Origin: Callorhinchus milii
Lineage: Eukaryota
Direction: 5' to 3'
DNA: 64,000 nt
Assembly: GCF_018977255.1 (NCBI RefSeq)
Contig: NW_024704742.1
Location: 34,350,001 to 34,414,000 of the forward strand
Each line of letters starts with the position of its first letter. Position 1 is the first letter of the stretch. The translations under genes were made by a program, and so were the position numbers. A model generated the notes under the pieces. The model was given only the letters and a program-made list of their open reading frames with translations. It searched no databases and was not told where the DNA came from. This document shows positions 50,401-61,738 of this stretch, piece by piece.

Positions 50401-52639
50401 ACAGAATTGTAAAACATTTCTAAATTTGATCTTAAGCTATTTTCCTACAGTTATTAAAAAGAACCAGCTTCCAAATTAAACTGATTGAAGAATTTCTCAT
50501 TATTCTGCATGATTTTAAATTTTAAGACAAAATGTTCTTACAGATTAAGACTAGTTGTAATTTCGAGCTACTCGGATTTCTTCATTTTTCTCTCTACATT
50601 TTTGTCCTCAAGTTCTATTTTTTTTTCTGTGCCACTTTTCATGATTTTACTTTTTAATGGTGTGCTCTCGTCTTTTGAACCCTTTACATTTTATTTTTCC
50701 AGTTTGTAGATTTTCATTTTTTTTGTTCTATATTGCCACTAATATTATCATTTTTATTTTTCAGTTCACTGTTCCCTATTGTTGTGCATTTTTCTCTTTT
50801 GCATAAGAATCAAAATGATTCAAACAGAAAACGATTGATACAATTTAAGGGGATGGAACCACTGACTGGAACCAAGTGAAGGAAGCAATGAGTGATAGGG
50901 AAAGAAACATTGGAAACAAAGCTGAACAATTGGAACAATAAGAGGCAGTTAGACCAAGTAAATTCATCAAAATGTAAAATGGAGAATGAAGATGAGAATC
51001 AAAATATGATCATAACAATGAAGGAAGAGAGAAACAGTAACAAAATGATCGACAGATGCCAAACAATTAAAAATAACAAAAATCAGAAAGAACGTAATTA
51101 TAAGTAAGTAAGAAAGAAAACAAGCGGGAGAGGTACAGTATAAAGCAATAGACTTAGATGCAGCAGAGGGCAAACTTCAATAGATCTGACAGCAGTTCTG
51201 CAAATGTTTCTAGTCCTTACAATACCAATAACACAGACTCATGCATGTCGAGCCTCTGTTGTGAGGCCACATCAACAGCTGTTACACTTCTCACTGCTAC
51301 CAAAGAACTACCCAACATATGGATCAAGGTTAAACTCTTTCTTTGAAATATATTAGAACAAAACAAGAAACTGTAGATTACACAAACCAAACATTTTAAT
51401 ATATTTTCAGTACCTAGAATGATTTTTTTTAATCTAATGCACAGTTCCTTGATATATTGCAGATATTTTAACAGCCCAGCCAAACAGGAGCAGAATATTA
51501 GCAAGTCTTTTCAGGCCTCACTAAAAATCACATCAGCATTTCTGTTTAATATTAAAAGAATTTACCACAATTGTAATGTCATCCATGCTGCATTGCGCTC
51601 TGCTATGCGGCTTGGATTTGTAACATGATTAAATGTCTGCAGCACAAACCTTAAATCCGTGCTAGTGTTTTTCTATGGCAGTTTAGTCATATTTTAAGTT
51701 CAGAGTTTAATAGTTAATCATCCCCAGCAAAATGAGCAAGCTTTTGGAGGTATTTCTTTATGTAAATGATAATAGGGTTCTGAGTGCCATAATGGAATCT
51801 TTCCAGATCTTACAGAGCAGTTATACCACAAAAGGTTTAGTGATTTATTTAATGCTACATCATCATTTGAATATTCACAAGATGTGCGTTTTAATGCAAT
51901 TCTTCAACTCACTGAGGCCCACATGGTGGTTTGCTCCTGCAGTGTATCTAATGTGACCTGCAATCCCTCTGCCCTACAGTATACGTTTTGCAGGTGCTTA
52001 AGTAGTCAGGCAGCAAGTAGCATGTCTGCAGAAATAACGGGAAAGCGAGCCACTGCATCTTAAGTCAAAATAATTACGTCTGACAATCGCAACTCATGTG
52101 AATTTGAACTAATATTTTATCAACAAAGCACTTTTTTTAAAAAATAAGGGAAAATGTAATTTGTGGATCCTCAGGTGGATCGAAGGCAAGTCTGGAGAAC
52201 AGAGGAGTGTCTGGTGTGAAGATAAAGGATTTTGTTGTCTCCAACTGGAAAGGGTCAGGGTTTCATATCTGGAAAGTTCAATAAGGTGCTTTTAATTAGA
52301 CTACAGGAAAATGGGAAAATGATATTTAGATCAATGAGCACTTTTTTTATTTTCTGTTTTATACAATTAAGTGTATAAACTAGAAAATAAAAATGTGTTC
52401 ATTGAGTTAGCACACATCATATGCATACGAGACGCACCATTAGCAAAACAATCATCAATGTTGCAGATCCATTCTACATTACACTAGTGAAAATATCAGC
52501 TTTGGGATAATATTGTATGTGCTGTACCATGTTTTGTACATCAGAGTGATGTACCATGTATCCGTGTAGCATATTTGCAGCCACTTGTAAGCAGGTTTAT
52601 TGCAGGTAGTTGAGTTCCCAAGGGGATTAATGGGTGATA

Positions 52640-52928
52640 CTCCAGATTTCCGGCCCTACCCGCCCTAGCATCGGTGGCCAGATTTTCAGCCTCTCTGCTC
52701 CCACTCTTTGGAAGTCCATCCCACAATCTCTTCGCCTTGCTCCCTTTTTTGCCTCCTTCAAGGCACAACTCAAGACCATGCCTTCAGCCACCCTCCTACC
52801 CCATTTACCCTTCCTCATCCCAAACCTGCACCTCCAAGCTCTGGTCCTGATCCCTGACTGTTCAGTGCCTTGGGACATCCTCCCGACGTGAAGGGCACTT
52901 TACAAATTTAATTTTGCTTTTGTTGTTG
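52640..52928 (+). mobile_element. L2 3' fragment
   Basis: ORF reads PTRPSIGGQIFSLSAPTLWKSIPQSLRL..FKAQLKT, followed by the tail cttgggacatcctcccgacgtgaagggcac..tgttgttg. Confidence 0.9.
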
Positions 52929-53254
52929 ATGTGCACCACACGGTACAGCACATGCAACTGTCTAAAACTGATATTTTCACCAGTGCAATGTAGAATTGAT
53001 CTGCAACATTGCTGACTGTTATGCTTATGATGTGTCTACTGTGCACATGATGTGTGCTAACACAATATTGCAGCAATTTTGAAACATATATATAATATAT
53101 ATTAGAATTCTGTAACATATCGACGAAGTACTGGTGAATAAAAACAATTACCACCCCCATTTTATGCAGATATCCTGCTGATACCAGCTTTTATGATGCA
53201 TATTGAGGACGAGCTGTACCCATTGCAGCTTTGATGGTAACCAAAGGATCCAAC

Positions 53255-53637
53255 ATGGAATGTAGATTGACACACAGACAGACACACAGAAAGACATTTC
53301 GTCTTTATCTGTACTCAGCCCAGGAGGACGCCTGTGGGAGAATTCCTTTTGGCAGGACTCAGTGGAATGATTTCCTTAATATATTTTCTTTCGGTCTCTC
53401 TCTCAGTCTCTCTGTGTCTCTCAGTCTCTCAGTCTCTCTCCCAGTCTCCCTCCCTTTCTATCACTCTCTCTCTCGCTTTCTTTCTCTCGCTCTCTCTGTC
53501 TCTCTGTTTCCCTCTCTCTCTCTCAGTCTCTTTCACTATCTCAGTCTCTCTCACAGTCTTTCTCTCCCACAAAACACACAGTCACTACACTTTATAATAT
53601 ATTCTTTCTCACAGTCTCACTCTCTCTCTTTCTCTCA

Positions 53638-53675
<38 letters not shown>

Positions 53676-53983
53676 CTCTCTCTGTCCGTCCTGCATGGGA
53701 GAAATCTACTTCCCAATGACAACCAGAATAAAGTGCCATACATTTGTTGCAGAATACAGATGTATCTCTCTGAACGGTGTGTGCTTTCCTCTGTCGCTAG
53801 GTAGTTGCAGAACAAGATGCATATTTGGGGTCTTAATGAAAGCATTTTTTAATATAGCTGATCAACGAGAGGAGAAATCCCCCCCAAAATAATATGCCTG
53901 TGACACTGTCAGTTGCAAGAACTTTCCGATGAGGTATAAATCATGTCTCTACTTCAATCAGTTATTGGGTGATTGACGGATAC

Positions 53984-54026
<43 letters not shown>

Positions 54027-54095
54027 CACAGACACATGGACACACAGACACATGGACACACAGACACACAGACATTTCGTCTTCATTAGTATAGA
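53255..54095 (-). mobile_element. Candidate non-autonomous Helitron-like element(s) carrying (CAGA)n and (CT)n microsatellites
   Basis: The minus strand starts A|TCTATACTAATGAAGACGAAATGTCTG followed by (TCTG)n-type repeats. A second copy of gattgac..cagacagac..gacatttcgtctt lies at 53265-53307. No clean CTRR 3' end was found. Confidence 0.5.
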
Positions 54096-57000
54096 TGGTC
54101 TCCGATTATTTTTTGTGTGTGGATTCTGCCTCCAAGAGTGTTCCTAATTCACGATCACTCACAACTCCCATATGCCATTAAAACAGTAATACTTAATGGA
54201 CGACTATATTGTACTTACAGGCAAAACACTGTAAATCATATTTAATGTACTCTAAACACTTAATCAATATTTAATAAACGTAATTGTGAACAGTGACTGC
54301 AGCGCCTAACCAAGGCGATGGATCCCGCTGTTTATTATTAATACCGTCGTTGTATTCCCATTAAATGTTATTTATCGGCTGCATTCATTTCATTTCCGAA
54401 TCACAGTCCTCAACAAAAAAAAAACCCCCACACACACACACACGGGGCTCTCGCTCGCGTTGTTCCGATGGGATTTCTGTTCAGCATTTGCATCTTAGCA
54501 ATGATAATACGTGGGTGGGGGTGAAGTCAAACTCCTTTGCTGAAACACCTTCGGTGAAGAGGATCAATATGCTGTATTGCTACCCCGGGGTGTGAGCGTT
54601 AGTTCAGAGCTCAGACTGCCCTCAGCTGCCCACCCCCTTCGCTCAATAAAACAGTCACACAAAGCTGCCGCAGCCTAAATAACCTGAATGCACATTTTTT
54701 TATATATCAGACGCCAATGGTTTTTTGCAAGAAAGTTGTCAATGCCGATGCATTCAGTGACCTGGAGGTCTCTGCCCTCACCTGCTCACCTTGCGGCAGG
54801 TGGCAGAATGGGGGGAGTGGGCAAGTGCGGATGTGAAGCCCAAGTGCAATAACCAGCAAACACCCCCCCCCCACCACCCCCCCACCCCCCACCCACACAC
54901 CGGCAACGCTGCAGTTATTTATTTCACTATTTCTTGGCGAAGAAAACAATTTTCTGATATAGCGCGGAGTGCAATCAATACATCTCCGCCAAAACAGGTT
55001 TTATTTTATTTTTTTTCAAAATATCCTTCCACAACCGCTTAATAATAATAATAATAATCATAAGCATTATAATAATAATACTGAATAATTCATCTGATCT
55101 ATTGATTCAGTCATTTAATGCATTGATCTGTTAAATATCCGTAGAGAAGTGATACCCACACAATACCTGTCTCTTGACATGAAGAACCAAAATGATTTAT
55201 TAGTGACAGTAAACTGAATCCGCCCTATTTCACGGCTCCCCAGAACTTTGTTCTTTAGATGGGATCGATATTGTGTGTGTTGTGCTGAGGACAGACAGAG
55301 CGCGGTGGTGTGTAAATTTGTGCTCGTTTGGTGAAGAAACTGGGATTTATTTTTATCATTTTAAGTGACGTGAAAGGCAATGAACAATTGCGTTAAATCA
55401 TATCTTCTTTTTAAACGCTGCAGCAGTTTCTAAAAGTCGAACGGAACATTTTCAAAGTAATAATCTGACTGTTGCATGGAATTTCCAAAACTAAAAATAG
55501 CTACACCCTGTGCAGTGTGTTTACATATTATTTTCCCAATCTTGTCTTCAAAGACCTGCCTTGTACTTCATAAAAGGCTTTGGGACATATGCGATATATA
55601 TATACATATATGTATATATATACATAACCTGTATATATATATATATATATATGTATATTTATGTATTTCGCAGCGTTGAATAATTTATTGTCTTATGATA
55701 AATAACCTTGGGATATTAACTTCCTAACCCCAGATCGTTTGAATCGATCTCGGTTCCAGTTAAACACACAAATTTGCGAAATTCGCATATTTAGGTCTCG
55801 CAACTTAGCGAATTGTTTAACGGGGTTTTTTTTTTGCTTCAGAAGTGAAACCTTTTTTTTTTCGTCCGCTTCAAAATATTCCATTTAACTGAGACTGGAA
55901 GCGACTTACCCGGACTCCCGATCTATACAAATGCAAATGCACGATACGTGTTTAATTCCACGCCCTGGATCAGAGTCAGGGACAGAGTTTGTGCCATGTG
56001 TCTGAACCTTATTAGAAAGGTTCTCTTGCAGGACTTGGGAGGGTTTGGCATGAAAGGGTTTTTCACAGCTTAAAAGACTGGGAAATTCACACGTGTGCGG
56101 GTACAACAACTGCCTCGATTTTTGTTTTAATTTAAGTGACATCTCCCAAACCCTCACTCGCCTGTGCACTGGTCCCAACCCACACCACAAGGTGGGTTTC
56201 AATCCACACTCGACCGACACTATAAAACCTGTATTTCCTGATCACCCAGAAAAAGGGGGGGGGGTGGTGGGTGGGGGGGATTCCAACCTACAAATAGTAT
56301 GGTTTTTCCCCCCCCCCCCATATTATTTTTAGCGATAATGAGCTCGAAATAATTCTCATTGAAACAAATCGATCGATTCCGGCACAGTTGGGACGTGGGG
56401 AGGAGGGTGGGTGGAGGGGGGGAGAGAGAGATCAATATAAGCAGATGACGGTAATACTGCTGAAATGGGAGCAATAGCCTCCTCACCAGTCTATAAAAGT
56501 TACTTTGCAGAGTTTAGACTGGATCAGCACGCTGTAGCTTTAATTCTGTGTCGATACCTCGTCCAGCTGACAGTGTCTGCAAGTTTTGAAATGTTCAATT
56601 GAAATCCCCTTCAATCCGATGATAAATGACATGTATAATACACACACGTTTAATTTTGCCTGAAAGAATCACCGTTATCTTTCATCCTGAGAGTGGATTA
56701 GTTGCCAGAGAGAATCTGTCAGGGTTATTTTTTTCCCCCCACGTTGCGAGCATTTAGTCCAACACTGAATATCCCACATCATTAAAATATCACATCTGTA
56801 ACCTCGAGTGTCATGAAAAAAACACTGAATCGTAAGCAAAAACTAAACATTCTTCCCTCGCTCTTTATTACCCTCAAAGCAGACTGATATGTGACTGCTA
56901 TAATATCATAATTTTATTACAGTTTACTATTTCACCCGAATAAAATATTAAAGTTCTGGGCAATAAAGTGATACGTATCACACTCAAGTCGGGCTTTATA

Positions 57001-57453
57001 TCCTATCATGTTCTTTCCAACCCGGGTTAGTTGTTCGTGATGAAATCACAACCAGGCTCTCGTGTTATTTTAATAGCTTCGGCTTTATACCGTGTGTTAT
57101 TGGTGAAACACAAGAGGCAATTCTTGTTTAATCGCGCGTTTTACTGCGAGCCCCAGAAATAAACGTGTTTTTTTTTTATTCACCCGCTGGAAAGGGTTTT
57201 GAAATGAAACACAGCAAGAAGTTGTTGACCTGAAGGCTGCCTTAAATATTCCCAGGAATTTGCATTAAACAGAACTATTGGGGTAATGACGGAATATGAA
57301 AATCACGCTAACATTGAAAATGAAATAGGCAGCAACGTGCAAAAAAAAATCTGTCAAATATTCACTGGTATACTATATATATTGACTGAAACATATTTGT
57401 AAGGTGCAATGTAATAGTCAGGATGCACCTCCATCAAATCACACATATATACA

Positions 57454-57490
<37 letters not shown>

Positions 57491-57648
57491 CACACACACA
57501 CATGTATGCATATATGGAGGAAGTTTCATTCGTGTGATAAAAGGCAGGACAGTGATCGCTTGCAGTAGTCCCTGTCAAAACACAGCATGTTTTGAGTAGT
57601 TGATGCGGTAATTAAGGATGTGATTGAGACGGTCAGGTCACCTCGAAT

Positions 57649-57689
<41 letters not shown>

Positions 57690-58349
57690 CCCTATCAGAA
57701 AATCTTTCAAGTATTCTTTGCGTCGCCAAAGATGACAACAGCAAATCGATAACTCCTTGAAATGAAAGGGTCTGATCGTTCCCCCCCCCCACACCCCCAT
57801 CACCACCCACCCCCGAGGCTGCACAGCTCACATCCCCAGCCTCTCCCGAACTTGTCGGATTCCTGTGCACCTCGTCTATGAGTGAGAAAGAAACGTCTTC
57901 GGATGCAGGTATGTCTCCAAATTAATAGAACAAAATAAAAGCCACCAATAAATAACAACATGCAGTTCTCCAGAGCCTCTTTTTTTATTATTCTAATTTT
58001 TTTNCAATTTGGCGCCCAGCCAACGATGTGGAGCACCCTTGTAAGGTGCAAAACAAGGTGGCGAGATACTAACCAGATCAATGCGTAATTGTTCCAGTTT
58101 AAAAAACATAACTGAATTATGCAGTGTGTGGATGTACTTGACAGGCTCGGGTTTCCGTTGTGTAAACAGAGGGCGTTGCAGAAGAATATTTTTTAACCTG
58201 AGCTGAATTCCCCTGCTTGAAATGATTGAGTATAATTCAGCGGAACTGTGCATCCGAAAGAGCTGTGTGTGTTTTTTTTTGCTCGAAGTCGACATTGAGG
58301 ATTCAGTGATAAATCAGAGGCAGCGTTAGGTTAGGGCACTGCAAAAGTC

Positions 58350-58390
<41 letters not shown>

Positions 58391-59254
58391 GAGTGCGAGT
58401 GCTGTAATGTATTCTGACGCTTTAAACAATTTCTACGGGGATATGGAAGTGCACAGCCCATGTCGGTTGCGATGATATTCCGTTGGATTTTGCGGAATTT
58501 TGTTGAGCAGTCGAAATGTCCATCAACGTGAAACCCTGAGATCCGTGAAAATACAGGTGGATTTAGCTCAGTACCAACCTTAATCCTAGAAAGTTACTAT
58601 TTTCTGCAAATTGTGGATAAGATGCACCGAAGCCGCCCGAGCCTTTATACAGCAGATCCACTACAAATAAATAAATGTAATTCTACAAGGGGGAAACCAT
58701 GAAAAGCTCAAATGAAGGTCTCACATGGGTTTAGCTTTTTTGGGGGGGTCCGTTCACATGCATAATGAAGAAAGAGACGTATTTTTATTTCAGTTCGGTT
58801 TTGTTTTGTGCATTTAGAAAAAGTGACAGTAATGCACACTAGAAAAGGGTACATGGAGAAGTACTATTTTACTGGCTATAATTATGTTAGGATGTCTAGG
58901 TTTACCAGAAATCCCCTTTTCTCCAGCGGCCTGTCTAATGTTTTATCCCCTGGTGATTAAAGGCATTAATTAGTTGTTTAATGGGGGTATGACTAAAAAT
59001 GTAAAAGAAGGATTAAGGCCGTGAAACGTATGTATAGCTCCTTCGACACACTCGAAATCCGAATGAGAAGCATTCTGTATCTTATGTTTCTCTGTGGTGC
59101 ATTTGCATTTTACACCAGATGCTCACTTAAGCTGCACAGGCGAATCGAATTAAACACGTATGGCAGGATTGCAGGGGTAGTTTGGTCAGTGCTCAGGAAC
59201 TGCAGCGTGCAAGCATGCATCATGCATGAAAGAAAGAGAAAGAAATATATATAG

Positions 59255-59257
59255 AGC

Positions 59258-59332
<75 letters not shown>

Positions 59333-59396
59333 AAAGTAAGACAGAGAAAAAGAGAGAAAGAAAGAAAGGATTGATTGATTGATTGATTGATTGATT
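59255..59396. repeat. Compound microsatellite (GA)n, (GAAA)n and (GATT)n
   Basis: Read directly from the sequence. Confidence 0.95.
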
Positions 59397-60663
59397 TGTT
59401 AGTTAGAATCTGTAGCTGCTGATTATACACTTTATCTCTATACCTGTATCTTAATTTACGCAAATAATGATAATTAAAATTATGATTTGTGATTACTTTT
59501 GTCTGCTCCTTTGGTCCAAATTATTACGTAGATGCAAACTATTCCTACATCTTACATAATTATTACGATCGTCCTTGTGTTAACCGTGTGTTCTTCATAA
59601 CATTTCACAGTCTCTGATAGCATGTTTAACTTTTTTTTCACAAGCAATAACACGCTGCGCACACTATATAATATATATACAGTTTAGATCTAAGGTATAT
59701 ATAGTTTAGACCTAATTAAAATGCTAACAATCATGCGACAACTTTTTGTAAAGTTAACTTTCGATAGAAACAGATCAAATGAAGTTCAGCTATACATCCG
59801 TGTGTTTTTCTTCAAACTGATGTACTTACTGTTTTACCACTGATTATTTTTTCAGCAGCATTTCACAATAATGATACGAACGAATCAGTCTTACAGTAAT
59901 ATTTCTGTTCGTTTTTGGAGGCCGACCGTTGAAAGAGAATTGTACCCCGACCAAGTGTTGCAATTCTAATGTTGGGTGTTTCACGTACAATATTTGCTTC
60001 AAACCTAACCACAGATGAGTTAAAAATCAAACTTCATCCAATATCATAGATTGCCGCTCCAAAAGAGTAGGATTTCAAACATTTGAGGAATTATGTTTAC
60101 ACTTTTGTCCTGAGGACAAAAACACCAAGTTATTTTCGTGGCTTACTTTCTTTAAAATCATGTAAATATACTCTCCAATGGAAAATGTAATCCGCAAGCG
60201 TACACGTATTATAGTTATTTTTAAAAAAATAACATTTTAACCACAATAACAGACTACAAGATCGCTGCAAGGGTGGGGAGCGAAGGTTTGGTCCAGAAAT
60301 GCAACACAGTCCCCAACTTTTTTTTTAACAAGAATATGATATGTATACAAAGGTACCACGTTACATTGAATTGCGAGCAATTGAAAAAAAAATGGAAACT
60401 ATTCTTCCCTTCCTTTTGAAATAAAACTGTGAGCTTCAATTCAGATTTTTTTGTGTGCAGATTTGAAATAATACATGCAATGTACAAGAGTGAAGTGGAT
60501 TATTGGGGGGAGGGATGGGGTGGGATGGGGTGGGGGGGGGGGGGGGGGGAGGTGTGTGATATTTTCTTCAGCACAGCATTTATTTAAAAGTGAAACCCGA
60601 TGACAGAAAAGTGCTCTGTTCATTGGGGATTTGAGCCTAAATTCTTGAGCCTCAGTCCCAAGA

Positions 60664-60694
<31 letters not shown>

Positions 60695-60732
60695 CTCTCT
60701 CCTCTTCCTGTGTGATATATTGGAATATTTCC

Positions 60733-60786
60733 TGACGTCACGTCTTTCCAGAATAGACAGAGTAACATCGTAAAGGAGAGAGGGAA

Positions 60787-60827
<41 letters not shown>

Positions 60828-60874
60828 AAAGAGAGGGAGAGAGAGAGGGTAACACAAGGAGCCGGAACGGAAGT
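60733..60874 (+). promoter_or_regulatory. Candidate promoter core: full CRE palindrome plus tandem ETS motifs
   Basis: TGACGTCA at 60733-60740 and CCGGAA-CGGAAGT at 60862-60874, with a G-tract at 60505-60552 upstream and a consensus splice donor at 61056 downstream. Confidence 0.6.
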
Positions 60875-60992
60875 TTCCTTTGAGTTCTTGTTTTATTTCA
60901 TCTCTTGGCCTTTGCATTTGCGAACCGTAGAGAGGTGGTGTCCAACACCAAAACACAAAGAGAAGCCAACGAGAGGGAGAGAGAGAGAGAGA

Positions 60993-61033
<41 letters not shown>

Positions 61034-61055
61034 GGGAACATTCAACTCCTGACTG
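60745..61055 (+). other. Putative non-coding first exon (start uncertain)
   Basis: Ends at CTG|GTAAGT (intron starts at 61056), lies just downstream of the CRE, is rich in GA repeats and has no credible ORF. Confidence 0.5.
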
Positions 61056-61314
61056 GTAAGTCGAGTTCGTCCTTCCTCAGATGTGAGATAATGCGAGTCT
61101 GAGAATTCGTTCCACTCCCTCTCTCCCTCTCTCTCTCCCTCCCTCCCTCCCTCTCTCCCTTTCTCTCCCTCTCTCTCGCTCTCTCTTTCTCCCTCCCTCC
61201 CTCACCCCCTCGTATGTGATCTGTAACCGATATCACCGATTTACTGCTCCTTACACTTCCCCGCACAAACCAGACCAGCAAATCCGTTCTGGGGTTTGTT
61301 TCACTTTGCCACAG

Positions 61315-61425
61315 ATCCTCCTCTCTGTACCGTTCCAGCAACAGTGCAGTCAAAAGATGTATTTTATCTAAAGTTTAACCCCCCCCCCCCCTCCCCCCCG
61401 CCCACCCATTCAGTGCTAGTTCTCG
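61315..61425 (+). other. Putative second or alternative non-coding exon
   Basis: Acceptor-like tttgtttcactttgccacag| before 61315 and donor TCG|GTAAGT at 61426. Confidence 0.4.
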
Positions 61426-61489
61426 GTAAGTGCTGTGATCTTAATTTTGTGTCCCCCCCGCCCCCCCCCCCCCCCCCCGTCCCCCCCTT

Positions 61490-61522
<33 letters not shown>

Positions 61523-61661
61523 GTCCCTCTTGTAAATACTTGAAATGAAGTTAAAAAAAGCGGTAGAAAGTTTTTTGAAAATAGTGCAGAACTGATTTCA
61601 CCTCGTGAGTCTGACAAGACTGCAGCAGGACTTTGACATTAGGGTCACTTACTGCACAGGC

Positions 61662-61662
61662 C

Positions 61663-61717
<55 letters not shown>

Positions 61718-61738
61718 TTCTGTCTGTCTGTCTGTCTG
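61662..61738. repeat. (TCTG)n microsatellite
   Basis: Read directly from the sequence. Confidence 0.95.

Noticed and set aside
53231..53845. Long Ser/Leu-rich and Arg/Glu-rich ORFs (also at 59110-59463, 60652-61353 and 61551-61922)
   Set aside because: They are translations of (CT)n, (GA)n and (TCTG)n microsatellites.
55280..55300. REST/RE1 half-sites (gtgctga next to ggacag)
   Set aside because: Orientation and spacing do not match the canonical RE1, so this is likely chance.
61038..61061. aacattcaactcctgactggtaagt resembles mature miR-181
   Set aside because: Only the first 10 nt match exactly and there is no complementary 3p arm. The 3' part is explained by a splice donor.
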